In this document: positions 1-18,000 of the stretch, piece after piece
How the letters are laid out: every line of letters begins with the position of its first letter
Numbering within the stretch: position 1 is the stretch's first letter
From: Eledone cirrhosa
Taxonomy: Eukaryota
Direction of reading: 5' to 3'
Length of the DNA stretch: 64,000 nucleotides
Assembly: GCA_964016885.1 (NCBI GenBank)
Contig: OZ024743.1
Location: 240,188,001 to 240,252,000, forward strand
Notes under the pieces: model-generated
Seen by the model: the letters and a program-made list of their open reading frames with translations, nothing else
Databases searched by the model: none
Told to the model about the DNA's origin: nothing
Program-made: the position numbers and the translations under genes

Positions 1-3000
1 TAGACACCATCCACTAGACCCTATCCACTAGACACCATTCACTAGACACCATCCACTAGACACCATTCACTAGACACCATCCACTAGTCACCATCCACTA
101 GACACCATCCACTAGACACCATCCACTAGACACCATCCACTAGACACCATTCACTAGACACCATCCACTAGACACCATCCACTAGACACCATCCACTAGA
201 CACCATCCACTAGAGACCATCCACTAGACACCATCCACTAGACACCATCCACTAGACACCATCCACTAGATACCATCCACTAGACACCATCCACTAGACA
301 CCATCCACTAGACACCATCCACTAGACACCATCCACTAGACACCATCCACTAGACACCATCCACTAGACACCATCCACTATCTACTATCTACTAGACACC
401 ATCCATAGATACCATCCCTAGATACCATCCACTAGACACCATACACTAGACACCGTCCACATCACACCATCCACTAGATACCGTCCACTAGACACCATCC
501 ACTAGATACCATCCACTAGACACCATCCACTAGACACCGTCCACTAGACACCATCCACTAGACACCATCCACTAGATACCGTCAACTAGACACCATCCAC
601 TAGTTACCATCCACTAGATACCATCCACTAGACACCAACCACTAAATACCATCCATTAGACACCGTCCACTAGACACCATCCACTATACACCATCCACTA
701 GATACCAACCACTAGATAACATCTACTAGACACCATCCACTAGATACCATCCACTAGATACTATCCACTATATACCATCCACTAGATTCCATCCACTAGT
801 TTCCATCCACTAGATACCATCCACTAGACACCATCCACTATCTACTAGACACCATCCACTAGACACCGTCCACTAAACACCATCCACTAGATACCATCCA
901 CTAGATACCATCCACTAGACACCATCCACTAGACACCATCCACTAGACACCATCCACTAGATACCATCCACTAGACACCATTCACTAGACACCATGCACT
1001 AGATACCAGCCACTAGATACCATAATCTACACACGATCCACTAGACACCATTCACTAGACACCATCCACTAGACACCATCCACTAGATACCATCCACTAG
1101 ACACCATCCACTAGACACCATCCACTAGACACCATCCACTAGACACCATCCACTAGACACCATCCACTAGATACCATCCACTAGACACCATCCACTAGAC
1201 ACCATCCTCTAGACACCATCCACTAGATACCATCCACTAGACACCATCCATAGACACCATTCACTAGACACCATCCACTAGACACCATCCACTAGACACC
1301 ATCCACTAGACACCATCCACTAGACACCATCCACTAGACAACATCCACTAGACACCATCCACTAGACACCATCCACTAGATACCATTCACTAGACACCAT
1401 CCACTAGACACCATTCACTAGACACCATCCACTAGACACCATCCACTAGAGACCATCCACTAGACACCATCCACTAGATACCATCCACTAGACACCATTC
1501 ACTAGACACCATCCACTAGACACCATCCACTAGACACCATCCACTAGACACCATTCACTAGACACCATCAACTAGATACCTTCCACTAGACACCACCCAC
1601 AAGACACCATCCACTAGATACCATCCACTAGATACCATCCACTAGATACCATCCACTAAACACCATCCACTAGATACCATCCACTAGACACCATTCATTA
1701 GACACCATCCACTAGACACCATCCACTAGACACCATCCACTAGATACCATCCAATAGACACCATCCACTAGACACCATTCACTAGACACCATTCACTAGA
1801 CACCATCAACAAGATACCATCCACTAGACACCATCCACTAGACATCATCCACTAGATACCATCCACTAGATACCATCCACTAAACACCATCCACTAGATA
1901 CCATCCACTAGACACCATTCACTAGACACCATCCACTAGACACCATCCACTAGACACCATCCACTAGATACCATCCACTAGACACCATCCTCTAGACACC
2001 ATCCACTAGATACCATCCACTAAACACCATCCACTAGACACCATCCACTAAACACCATCCACTAGACACCATTCACTAGACACCATCCACTAGACACCAT
2101 CCACTAGACACCATTCACTAGACACCATGCACTAGATACCAGCCACTAGATACCATAATCTAGACACGATCCACTAGACACCATTCACTAGACACCATTC
2201 ACTAGACACCATCCACTAGACACCATCCACTAGACACCATCCACTAGACACCATCCACTAGATACCATCCACTAGACACCACCCACTAGACACCATCCTC
2301 TAGACACCATCCACTAGATACCATCCACTAGACACCATCCATAGACACCATTCACTAGACACCATCCACTAGACACCATCCACTAGACACCATCCACTAG
2401 ACACCATCCACTAGACACCATCCTCTAGACACCATCCACTAGATACCATCCACTAGACACCATCCATAGACACCATCCACTAGACACCATCCACTAGACA
2501 CCATCCACTAGACACCATCCACTAGACAACATCCACTAGACACCATCCACTAGACACCATTCACTAGAGACCATCCACTAGACACCATCCACTAGACACC
2601 ATCCACTAGACACCATCCACTAGACACCATCCACTAGACACCATCCACTAGACAACATCCACTAGACACCATCCACTAGACACCATCCACTAGATACCAT
2701 CCACTAGACACCATTCACTAGACACCATCCACTAGACACCATCCACTAGACACCATCCACTAGACACCATCCACTAGACACCATTCACTAGACACCATTC
2801 ACTAGACACCATCAACTAGATACCTTCCACTAGACACCACCCACAAGACACCATCCACTAGATACCATCCACTAGACACCATTCACTAGACACCATCCAC
2901 TAGACACCATCCACTAGACACCATCCACTAGACACCATCCACTAGACACCATCCACTAGACACCATTCACTAGACACCATCAACTAGATACCTTCCACTA

Positions 3001-6000
3001 GACACCACCCACAAGACGCCATCCACTAGATACCATCCACTAGACACCATCTACTAGACACCATCCACTAGACACCATCCACTAGACACCATCTACTAGA
3101 CACCATCCACTAGACACCATCTACTAGACACCATCCACTAGACACCATCCACTAGACACCATCCACTAGACACCATCCACTAGACACCATCCACTAGACA
3201 CCATTCACTAGACACCATCAACTAGATACCTTCCACTAGACACCACCCACAAGACACCATCCACTAGATACCATCCACTAGACACCATCCACTAGACACC
3301 ATCCACTAGATACCATCCACTAGACACCATCTACTAGACACCATCCACTAGACACCATCTACTAGACACCATCCACTAGACACCATCCACTAGATACCAT
3401 CCACTAGACACCATCTACTAGACACCATCCACTAGACACCATCCACTAGATACCATCCACTAGACACCATCCACTAGACACCATCCACTAGACACCATTC
3501 ACTAGACACCATTCACTAGACACCATCCACTAGACACCATCCACTAGACACCATCCACTAGACACCATCCACTAGATACCATCCACTAGACACCATCCAC
3601 TAGACACCATCCACTAGACACCATCCACTACATACCATCCACTAGACACCATCCACTAGACACAATCCACTAGACACAATCCACTAGACACCATCCACTA
3701 GACACCATCCACTAGACACCATCCACTATCTACTATCTACTAGACACCATCCATAGATACCATCCCTAGATACCATCCACTTGACACCATCCACTAGACA
3801 CCATCCACTAGACACCATCCACTAGATACCATCAACTAGATACCATCCACTAGACACCATCCAATAGACACCATCCACTAGATAACATCCACTAGACACC
3901 ATCCACTAGACACCATCCACTAGACACCATCCACTAGACACCATCCACTAGATATCATCCACTAGACACCATCCACTAGACACCATCCACTAGACACCAT
4001 CCACTAGACACCATCCACTAGACACCATCCATTAGACACCATTCACTAGACACCATCCACTAGACACCATTCACTAGACACCAGCCACTAGACACAACAA
4101 CTAGACACCATCCACTAGACACCATTCACTAGACACCATCCATTAGATACCAGCGACTAGACACCATTCACTAGATACCATCCACTAAACACCATCCACT
4201 AGACACCATCCACTAGACACCATCCACTAGACACCATCCACTAGACACCATCCACTAGACACCATTCCACTAGACACCATTCACTAGACACCAGCCACTA
4301 GACACAACAACTAGACACCATCCACTAGACACCATCCACTAGACACCATCCACTAGACACCATTCACTACACACCATCCACTAGACACCATCCACTAGAC
4401 ACCATCCACTAGACACCATCCACTAGATACCATCCACTAGACACCATCCACTAGACACCATCCACTAGACACCATCCACTAGACACCATCCACTAGACAC
4501 CATTCACTAGACACCATTTACTAGACACCATCCACTAGACACCATTCACTAGACACCATCCACTAGACACCATCCACTAGACACCATCCACCAGACACCA
4601 TCCACAAGACACCATCCACTAGATACCATCCACTAGAGACCATCCACTACAGACCATTCACTAGACACCATCCACTAGGCACCATTCACTAGACACCATC
4701 CACTAGATGCTAGCCACTAGACACCATTCACTAGATACCATCCACTAGACACCATCCACTAGACACCATCCACTAGACACCATCCACTAGACACCATCCA
4801 CTAGACACCATTCACTAGACACCATCCACTAGACACCATCCACTAGACACCATCCACTAGACACCATCCACTAGATACCATCCACTAGACACCATTCACT
4901 ACACACCATCCACTAGACACCATCCACTAGATACCATCCACTAGACACCATCCACTAGACACCATTCACTAGACACCATCAACTAGATACCTTCCACTAG
5001 ACACCATCCACTAGACACCATCCACTAGATACCATCCACTAGACACAGTCCACTAGATACCATCCACTAGATACCATCCACTAGACACCGTCCACTAGAC
5101 ACCATCCACTAGACACCATCCACTAGATACCATCCACTAGATACCATCCACTAGACACCGTCCACTAGATACCATGCACTAGACACCGTCCACTAGATAC
5201 CATCCACTAGATACCATCCACTAGACACCGTCCACTAGACTCCATCCACTAGACACCATCCACTAGATACCATCCACTAGATACCATCCACTAGACACCA
5301 TCCACTATCTACTATCTACTAGACACCATCCATAGATACCATCCCTAGATACCATCCACTAGACACCATCCACTAGATACCATCCACTAGATACCATCCA
5401 CTAGATACCATCCACTAGATACCATCCACTAGACACCATCCACTAGATACCATCCACGAGACACCATCCACTAGACACCATCCACTAGATAACATCCTCT
5501 AGATACCATCCACTAGATACCATCCACTAGATACCATCCACTAGAGACCATCCACTAGACACCATCCACTAGATACCATCCACTAGACACCATCCACTAG
5601 ACACCATCCACTATCTACTATCTACTAGACACCATCCACTATCTACTATCTACTAGACACCATCCATAGATACCATCCCTAGATACCATCCACTAGACAG
5701 CATACACTAGACACCATCCACTAGATACCGTCCACTAGACACCATCCACTAGATACCATCCACTAGATACCATCCACTAGACACCATCCACTAGATACCA
5801 TCCATTAGACACCTTCCATTAGACACCGTCCACTAGACACCATCCACTAGAAACCATCCACTATACACCATCCACTAGATACCAACCACTAGATACCATC
5901 CACTAGATACCATCCACTAGACACTATCCACTAGATACCATCCACTAGATACCATCCACTAGATTCCATCCACAAGATACCATCCACTAGACACCATTCA

Positions 6001-9000
6001 CTATCTACTAGACACCATCCACTAGACACCATCCACTAGACACCATCCACTAGATACCATCCACTAGATACCATCCACTAGATACCATCCACTAGATACC
6101 ATCCACTAGATACCATCAACTAGATACCATCCACTAGTCACCATTCACTATCTACTAGACACCATCCACTAGACACCATCCACTAGACACCATCCACTAG
6201 ATACCATCCACTACATACCATCCTCTAGATACCAGCAACTAGACACCATCCACTAGACGCCATCCACTATCTTCTATCTACTAGACACCATCCATAGATA
6301 CCATCCCTAGATACCATCCATTAGACACCGTCCTCTAGACAACATCCACTAGATACCATCCACTAGATACCATCCACTAGACACCATCCACTAGATACCA
6401 TCCACTAGACACCATCCACTAGACACCATCCACTAGACACCATCCACTAGATACCATCCACTAGATACCATCCACTAGACACCGTCCACTAAATACCATC
6501 CACTAGAGACCGTCCACTAAACATCATCCACTAGATACCATCCACTAGATACTGTCCACTAGATACCATCCACTAGACACCATTCACTAGACACCTTCCA
6601 CTACATACCATCCACTAGACACCGTCCACTAGACACCGTCCACTAAATACCATCCACTAGATACCATCCACTAGACACCGTCCACTAGATACCATCCACT
6701 AGACACCATCCACTAGACACCGTCCACTAGACACCATCCACTAGACACCGTCCACTAGATACCATCCACTAGATACCATCCACTACAGACCATCCACTAC
6801 ATACCATCCACTACATACCATCCACTACATACCATCCACTATCTACTATCTACTAGACAACATCCATAGATACCATCCACTAGACACCATCCACTAGACA
6901 CCATCCACTAGACACCATCCACTAGACACCATTCACTAGACACCATCCACTAGACACCATCCACTAGACACCATCCACTAGATACCATCCACTAGACACC
7001 ATCCACTAGATACCATCCACTAGATACCATCCACTAGACACCATCCACTAGATACCATCCACGAGACACCATCCACTAGATACCATCCACTAGATAACAT
7101 CCTCTAGATACCATCCACTAGATACCATCCACTAGAGACCATCCACTAGACACCATCCACTAGATACCATCCACTAGACACCATCCACTAGACACCATCC
7201 ACTATCTACTATCTACTAGACACCATCCACTATCTACTATCTACTAGACACCATCCACTATCTACTATCTACTAGACACCATCCATAGATACCATCCCTA
7301 GATACCATCCACTAGACACCATCCACTAGACACCATCCACTAGACACCATCCACTAGACACCATCCACTAGATACCATCCACTAGATACCATCCACTAGA
7401 CACCATCCACTAGATACCATCCATTAGACACCGTCCATTAGACACCGTCCACTAGACACCATCCACTAGAAACCATCCACTATACACCATCCACTAGATA
7501 CCAACCAGTAGATACCATCCACTAGATACCATCCACTAGATACCATCCACTAGACACCATCCACTAGATACCATCCACTAGATACCATCCACTAGATTCC
7601 ATCCACAAGATAGCATCCACTAGACACCATCCACTATCTACTAGACACCATCCACTAGACACCATCCACTAGACACCATCCACTAGATACCATCCACTAG
7701 ATACCATCCACTAGATACCATCAACTAGATACCATCCACTAGTCACCATTCACTATCTACTAGACACCATCCACTAGACACCATCCACTAGATACCATCC
7801 ACTACATACCATCCTCTAGATACCAGCAACTATACACCATCCACTAGACGCCATCCACTATCTACTATCTACTAGACAGTATCCATAGATACCATCCCTA
7901 GATACCATCCATTAGACACCGTCCTCTAGACAACATCCACTAGATACCATCAACTAGATACCATCCACTAGACACCATCCACTATACACCATCCACTAGA
8001 TACCATCCACTAGATACCATCCACTAGATACCATCCACTAGACACCATCCACTAGACACCATCCACTAGACACCATCCACTAGATACCATCCACTAGATA
8101 CCATCCACTAGACACCGTCCACTAAATACCATCCACTAGAGACCGTCCACTAAACACCATCCACTAGATACCATCCACTAGATACTGTCCACTAGATACC
8201 ATCCACTAGACACCATCCACTAGACACCATCCACTACATACCATCCACTAGACACCGTCCACTAGACACCGTCCACTAAATACCATCCACTAGATACCAT
8301 CCACTAGACACCATCCACTAGACACTGTCCACTAGACATCATCCACTAGACACCGTCCACTAGATACCATCCACTAAATACCATCCACTAGATACCATCC
8401 ACTAGACACCATCCACTAGACACCGTCCACTAGACACCATCCACTAGACACCGTCCACTAGATACCATCCACTAGATACCATCCACTAGATACCATCCAC
8501 TACATACCATCCACTACATACCATCCACTACATACCATCCACTACATACCATCCACTACATACCATCCACTATCTACTATCTACTAGACAACATCCATAG
8601 ATACCATCCACTAGATACCATCCACTAGACACCATCCACTAGACACCATCCACTAGACACCATCCACTAGACACCATCCACTAGACACCATTCACTAGAC
8701 ACCATCCACTAGACACCATCCACTAGACACCATCCACTAGACACCATCCACTAGACACCATCCACTAGACACCATCCACTAGACACCATCCACTAGACAC
8801 CATCCACTAGACACCATCCACTAGACACCATCCACTAGACACCGTCCACTAGACACCATCCACTAGACACCATCCACTAGATACCATCCACTAGATACCA
8901 TCCACTAGATACCATCCACTAGATACCATCCACTAGATACCATCCAATAGACACCGTCCAATAGATACCGTCCATTAGACACCGTCCACTAGACACCGTC

Positions 9001-12000
9001 CACTAGACACCATCGACTAGATACCATCCACTAGACACCATCCACTAGACACCATCTACTAGACACCATCCACTAGATACCATCCACTAGACACCATCCA
9101 CTAGACACCATCCACTAGATACCATCCACTAGAGACCTTCCACTAGACACCATCTACTAGATACCATCCACTAGATAACATGCACTAGATACCATCCACT
9201 AGACACCGTCCACTAGACACCATCCACTAGATACCATCCACTAGATACCATCCACTAGATACCATCCACTAGACACCCTCTACTAGACACCATCCACTAG
9301 ATACCATCCACTAGACACCATCCACTAGACACCATCCACTAGATACCATCCACTAGAGACCTTCCACTAGACACCATCTACTAGATACTCTCCACTAGAT
9401 AACATCCACTAGATACCATCCACTAGACACCGTCCACTAGACACCATCCACTAGATACCATCCACTAGATACCATCCACTAGATACCATCCACTAGACAC
9501 CATCCACTAGACACCATCCACTAAATACCATCCACTAGACACCATCCACTAGACACCATCCACTAGACACCATCCACTAGATACCATCCACTAGAGACCT
9601 TCCACTAGACACCATCTACTAGATACCATCCACTAGATAACATCCACTAGATACCATCGACTAGACACCGTCCACTAGACACCATGCACTAGATACCATC
9701 CACTAGACACCATGCACTAGATACTATCCACTAGACACCATCCACTAGACACCATCCACTAGATACCATCCACTAGACACCATCCACTAGACACCATCCT
9801 CTAGCCACCATTCACTAGACACCATCAACTAGATACCTTCCACTAGACACCATCCACTAGACACCATCCACTACATACCGTCCACTAGATACCATCCACT
9901 AGACACCATCCACTAGACACCATCCACTAGATACCATCAACTAGATACCTTCCACTAGACACCATCCACTAGACACCATCCACTACATACCGTCCACTAG
10001 ATACCATCCACTAGACACCATCCACTAGACACCATCCACTAGACACCTTCCACTAGATACCATCCACTAGACACCATCCACTAGACACCATCCACTAGAC
10101 ACCATCCACTAGACACCATCCACTAGACACCATCCACTAGACACCATCCACTAGACACCATCCACTAGACACCTTCCACTAGATACCATCCACTAGACAC
10201 CATCCACTAGACACCATCCACTAGACACCTTCCACTAGATACCATCCACTAGATACCATCCACTAGATACCATCCACTAGACACCATCCACTAGACACCA
10301 TCCACTAGACACCATCCACTAGACACCATCCACTAGACACCATCCACTAGATACCATCAACTAGATACCTTCCACTAGACACCATCTACTAGACACCATC
10401 CACTACATACCGTCCATTAGATACCATCCACTAGACACCATCCACTAGACACAATCCACTAGACACCATCCAATAGATACCATCCACTAGACACCATCCA
10501 CTAGACACCATCCACTAGATACCATCCACTAGACACCATCCACCAGACACCATCCACTAGACACCTTCCACTAGACACCATCCACTAGACACCATCCACT
10601 AGACACCATCCACTAGACACCATCCACTAGATACCATCCACTAGATACCATCCACTAGACACCATCCACTAGACACCATCCACTAGACACCATCCACTAG
10701 ACACCATCCACTAGACACCATCCACTAGATACCATCCACTAGATACCATCACTAGATACCATCCACTAGACACCATCCACTAGAAACAATCCACTAGACA
10801 CCATTCACTAGACACCATACACTAGATACCAGCCACTAGACACCATTCACTAGATACCATCCATTAAACACCATCCACTAGATACCATCCACTAGACACC
10901 ATCTACTAGACACCATCCACTAGACCCCATCCACTAGTCACCATCCACTAGACACCATTCACTAGACACCATCCACTAGACACCATCCACTAGACACCAT
11001 CCACTAGTCACCATCCACTAGACACCATCCACTAGACACCATCCTCTAGCCACCATTCACTAGACACCATCAACTAGATACCGTCCACTAAACACCATCC
11101 ACTAGATACCATCCACTAGATACTGTCCACTAGATACCATCCACTAGACACCATCCACTAGACACCATCCACTACATACCATCCACTAGACACCGTCCAC
11201 TAGACACCGTCCACTAAATACCATCCACTAGATACCATCCACTAGACACCATCCACTAGACACTGTCCACTAGACATCATCCACTAGACACCGTCCACTA
11301 GATACCATCCACTAAATACCATCCACTAGATACCATCCACTAGACACCATCCACTAGACACCGTCCACTAGACACCATCCACTAGACACCGTCCACTAGA
11401 TACCATCCACTAGATACCATCCACTAGATACCATCCACTACATACCATCCACTACATACCATCCACTACATACCATCCACTACATACCATCCACTACATA
11501 CCATCCACTATCTACTATCTACTAGACAACATCCATAGATACCATCCACTAGACACCATCCACTAGACATCATCCACTAGACACTATTCACTAGACACCA
11601 TCCACTAGACACCATCCACTAGACACCATCCACTAGACACCATCCACTAGACACCATTCACTAGACACCATCCACTAGACACCATCCACTAGACACCATC
11701 CACTAGACACCATCCACTAGACACCATCCACTAGACACCATCCACTAGACACCATCCACTAGACACCATCCACTAGACACCATCCACTAGACACCGTCCA
11801 CTAGACACCATCCACTAGACACCATCCACTAGATACCATCCACTAGATACCATCCACTAGATACCATCCACTAGATACCATCCACTAGATACCATCCAAT
11901 AGACACCGTCCAATAGATACCGTCCATTAGACACCGTCCACTAGACACCGTCCACTAGACACCATCCACTAGATACCATCCACTAGACACCATCCACTAG

Positions 12001-15000
12001 ACACCATCCACTAGACACCATCTACTAGACACCATCCACTAGATACCATCCACTAGACACCATCCACTAGACACCATCCACTAGATACCATCCACTAGAG
12101 ACCTTCCACTAGACACCATCTACTAGATACCATCCACTAGATAACATCCACTAGATACCATCCACTAGACACCGTCCACTAGACACCATCCACTAGATAC
12201 CATCCACTAGATACCATCCACTAGATACCATCCACTAGACACCCTCTACTAGACACCATCCACTAGATACCATCCACTAGACACCATCCACTAGACACCA
12301 TCCACTAGATACCATCCACTAGAGACCTTCCACTAGACACCATCTACTAGATACTCTCCACTAGATAACATCCACTAGATACCATCCACTAGACACCGTC
12401 CACTAGACACCATCCACTAGATACCATCCACTAGATACCATCCACTAGATACCATCCACTAGACACCATCCACTAGACACCATCCACTAAATACCATCCA
12501 CTAGACACCATCCACTAGACACCATCCACTAGACACCATCCACTAGATACCATCCACTAGAGACCTTCCACTAGACACCATCTACTAGATACCATCCACT
12601 AGATAACATCCACTAGATACCATCGACTAGACACCGTCCACTAGACACCATGCACTAGATACCAGCCACTAGACACCATGCACTAGATACTATCCACTAG
12701 ACACCATCCACTAGACACCATCCACTAGATACCATCCACTAGACACCATCCACTAGACACCATCCTCTAGCCACCATTCACTAGACACCATCAACTAGAT
12801 ACCTTCCACTAGACACCATCCACTAGACACCATCCACTACATACCGTCCACTAGATACCATCCACTAGACACCATCCACTAGACACCATCCACTAGATAC
12901 CATCAACTAGATACCTTCCACTAGACACCATCCACTAGACACCATCCACTACATACCGTCCATTAGATACCATTCACTAGACACCATCCACTAGACACAA
13001 TCCACTAGATACCATCCACTAGACACCATCCACTAGACACCATCCACTAGACACCATCCACTAGACACCATCCACTAGACACCTTCCACTAGATACCATC
13101 CACTAGACACCATCCACTAGACACCATCCACTAGACACCATCCACTAGACACCATCCACTAGACACCATCCACTAGACACCATCCACTAGACACCATCCA
13201 CTAGACACCTTCCACTAGATACCATCCACTAGACACCATCCACTAGACACCATCCACTAGACACCTTCCACTAGATACCATCCACTAGACACCATCCACT
13301 AGACATCATCCACTAGACACTATTCACTAGACACCATCCACTAGACACCATCCACTAGACACCATCCACTAGACACCATCCACTAGACACCATTCACTAG
13401 ACACCATCCACTAGACACCATCCACTAGACACCATCCACTAGACACCATCCACTAGACACCATCCACTAGACACCATCCACTAGACACCATCCACTAGAC
13501 ACCATCCACTAGACACCATCCACTAGACACCATCCACTAGACACCGTCCACTAGACACCATCCACTAGACACCATCCACTAGATACCATCCACTAGATAC
13601 CATCCACTAGATACCATCCACTAGATACCATCCACTAGATACCATCCAATAGACACCGTCCAATAGATACCGTCCATTAGACACCGTCCACTAGACACCG
13701 TCCACTAGACACCATCCACTAGATACCATCCACTAGACACCATCCACTAGACACCATCTACTAGACACCATCCACTAGATACCATCCACTAGACACCATC
13801 CACTAGACACCATCCACTAGATACCATCCACTAGAGACCTTCCACTAGACACCATCTACTAGATACCATCCACTAGATAACATCCACTAGATACCATCCA
13901 CTAGACACCGTCCACTAGACACCATCCACTAGATACCATCCACTAGATACCATCCACTAGATACCATCCACTAGACACCCTCTACTAGACACCATCCACT
14001 AGATACCATCCACTAGACACCATCCACTAGACACCATCCACTAGATACCATCCACTAGAGACCTTCCACTAGACACCATCTACTAGATACTCTCCACTAG
14101 ATAACATCCACTAGATACCATCCACTAGACACCGTCCACTAGACACCATCCACTAGATACCATCCACTAGATACCATCCACTAGATACCATCCACTAGAC
14201 ACCATCCACTAGACACCATCCACTAAATACCATCCACTAGACACCATCCACTAGACACCATCCACTAGACACCATCCACTAGATACCATCCACTAGAGAC
14301 CTTCCACTAGACACCATCTACTAGATACCATCCACTAGATAACATCCACTAGATACCATCGACTAGACACCGTCCACTAGACACCATGCACTAGATACCA
14401 TCCACTAGACACCATGCACTAGATACTATCCACTAGACACCATCCACTAGACACCATCCACTAGATACCATCCACTAGACACCATCCACTAGACACCATC
14501 CTCTAGCCACCATTCACTAGACACCATCAACTAGATACCTTCCACTAGACACCATCCACTAGACACCATCCACTACATACCGTCCACTAGATACCATCCA
14601 CTAGACACCATCCACTAGACACCATCCACTAGATACCATCAACTAGATACCTTCCACTAGACACCATCCACTAGACACCATCCACTACATACCGTCCACT
14701 AGATACCATCCACTAGACACCATCCACTAGACACCATCCACTAGACACCTTCCACTAGATACCATCCACTAGACACCATCCACTAGACACCATCCACTAG
14801 ACACCATCCACTAGACACCATCCACTAGACACCATCCACTAGACACCATCCACTAGACACCATCCACTAGACACCTTCCACTAGATACCATCCACTAGAC
14901 ACCATCCACTAGACACCATCCACTAGACACCTTCCACTAGATACCATCCACTAGATACCATCCACTAGATACCATCCACTAGACACCATCCACTAGACAC

Positions 15001-18000
15001 CATCCACTAGACACCATCCACTAGACACCATCCACTAGACACCATCCACTAGATACCATCAACTAGATACCTTCCACTAGACACCATCTACTAGACACCA
15101 TCCACTACATACCGTCCATTAGATACCATCCACTAGACACCATCCACTAGACACAATCCACTAGACACCATCCAATAGATACCATCCACTAGACACCATC
15201 CACTAGACACCATCCACTAGATACCATCCACTAGACACCATCCACCAGACACCATCCACTAGACACCTTCCACTAGACACCATCCACTAGACACCATCCA
15301 CTAGACACCATCCACTAGACACCATCCACTAGATACCATCCACTAGATACCATCCACTAGACACCATCCACTAGACACCATCCACTAGACACCATCCACT
15401 AGACACCATCCACTAGACACCATCCACTAGATACCATCCACTAGATACCATCACTAGATACCATCCACTAGACACCATCCACTAGACACCATCTACTAGA
15501 CACCATCCACTAGATACCATCACTAGATACCATCCACTAGACACCATCCACTAGAAACAATCCACTAGACACCATTCACTAGACACCATACACTAGATAC
15601 CAGCCACTAGACACCATTCACTAGATACCATCCATTAAACACCATCCACTAGATACCATCCACTAGACACCATCTACTAGACACCATCCACTAGACCCCA
15701 TCCACTAGTCACCATCCACTAGACACCATTCACTAGACACCATCCACTAGAAACCATCCACTAGACACCATCCACTAGTCACCATCCACTAGACACCATC
15801 CACTAGACACCATCCTCTAGCCACCATTCACTAGACACCATCAACTAGATACCGTCCACTAAACACCATCCACTAGATACCATCCACTAGATACTGTCCA
15901 CTAGATACCATCCACTAGACACCATCCACTAGACACCATCCACTACATACCATCCACTAGACACCGTCCACTAGACACCGTCCACTAAATACCATCCACT
16001 AGATACCATCCACTAGACACCATCCACTAGACACTGTCCACTAGACATCATCCACTAGACACCGTCCAATAGATACCATCCACTAAATACCATCCACTAG
16101 ATACCATCCACTAGACACCATCCACTAGACACCGTCCACTAGACACCATCCACTAGACACCGTCCACTAGATACCATCCACTAGATACCATCCACTAGAT
16201 ACCATCCACTACATACCATCCACTACATACCATCCACTACATACCATCCACTACATACCATCCACTACATACCATCCACTATCTACTATCTACTAGACAA
16301 CATCCATAGATACCATCCACTAGACACCATCCACTAGACATCATCCACTAGACACTATTCACTAGACACCATCCACTAGACACCATCCACTAGACACCAT
16401 CCACTAGACACCATCCACTAGACACCATTCACTAGACACCATCCACTAGACACCATCCACTAGACACCATCCACTAGACACCATCCACTAGACACCATCC
16501 ACTAGACACCATCCACTAGACACCATCCACTAGACACCATCCACTAGACACCATCCACTAGACACCGTCCACTAGACACCATCCACTAGACACCATCCAC
16601 TAGATACCATCCACTAGATACCATCCACTAGATACCATCCACTAGATACCATCCACTAGATACCATCCAATAGACACCGTCCAATAGATACCGTCCATTA
16701 GACACCGTCCACTAGACACCGTCCACTAGACACCATCCACTAGATACCATCCACTAGACACCATCCACTAGACACCATCCACTAGACACCATCTACTAGA
16801 CACCATCCACTAGATACCATCCACTAGACACCATCCACTAGACACCATCCACTAGATACCATCCACTAGAGACCTTCCACTAGACACCATCTACTAGATA
16901 CCATCCACTAGATAACATCCACTAGATACCATCCACTAGACACCGTCCACTAGACACCATCCACTAGATACCATCCACTAGATACCATCCACTAGATACC
17001 ATCCACTAGACACCCTCTACTAGACACCATCCACTAGATACCATCCACTAGACACCATCCACTAGACACCATCCACTAGATACCATCCACTAGAGACCTT
17101 CCACTAGACACCATCTACTAGATACTCTCCACTAGATAACATCCACTAGATACCATCCACTAGACACCGTCCACTAGACACCATCCACTAGATACCATCC
17201 ACTAGATACCATCCACTAGATACCATCCACTAGACACCATCCACTAGACACCATCCACTAAATACCATCCACTAGACACCATCCACTAGACACCATCCAC
17301 TAGACACCATCCACTAGATACCATCCACTAGAGACCTTCCACTAGACACCATCTACTAGATACCATCCACTAGATAACATCCACTAGATACCATCGACTA
17401 GACACCGTCCACTAGACACCATGCACTAGATACCAGCCACTAGACACCATGCACTAGATACTATCCACTAGACACCATCCACTAGACACCATCCACTAGA
17501 TACCATCCACTAGACACCATCCACTAGACACCATCCTCTAGCCACCATTCACTAGACACCATCAACTAGATACCTTCCACTAGACACCATCCACTAGACA
17601 CCATCCACTACATACCGTCCACTAGATACCATCCACTAGACACCATCCACTAGACACTATCCACTAGATACCATCAACTAGATACCTTCCACTAGACACC
17701 ATCCACTAGACACCATCCACTACATACCGTCCATTAGATACCATTCACTAGACACCATCCACTAGACACAATCCACTAGATACCATCCACTAGACACCAT
17801 CCACTAGACACCATCCACTAGACACCTTCCACTAGATACCATCCACTAGACACCATCCACTAGACACCATCCACTAGACACCATCCACTAGACACCATCC
17901 ACTAGACACCATCCACTAGACACCATCCACTAGACACCATCCACTAGACACCTTCCACTAGATACCATCCACTAGACACCATCCACTAGACACCATCCAC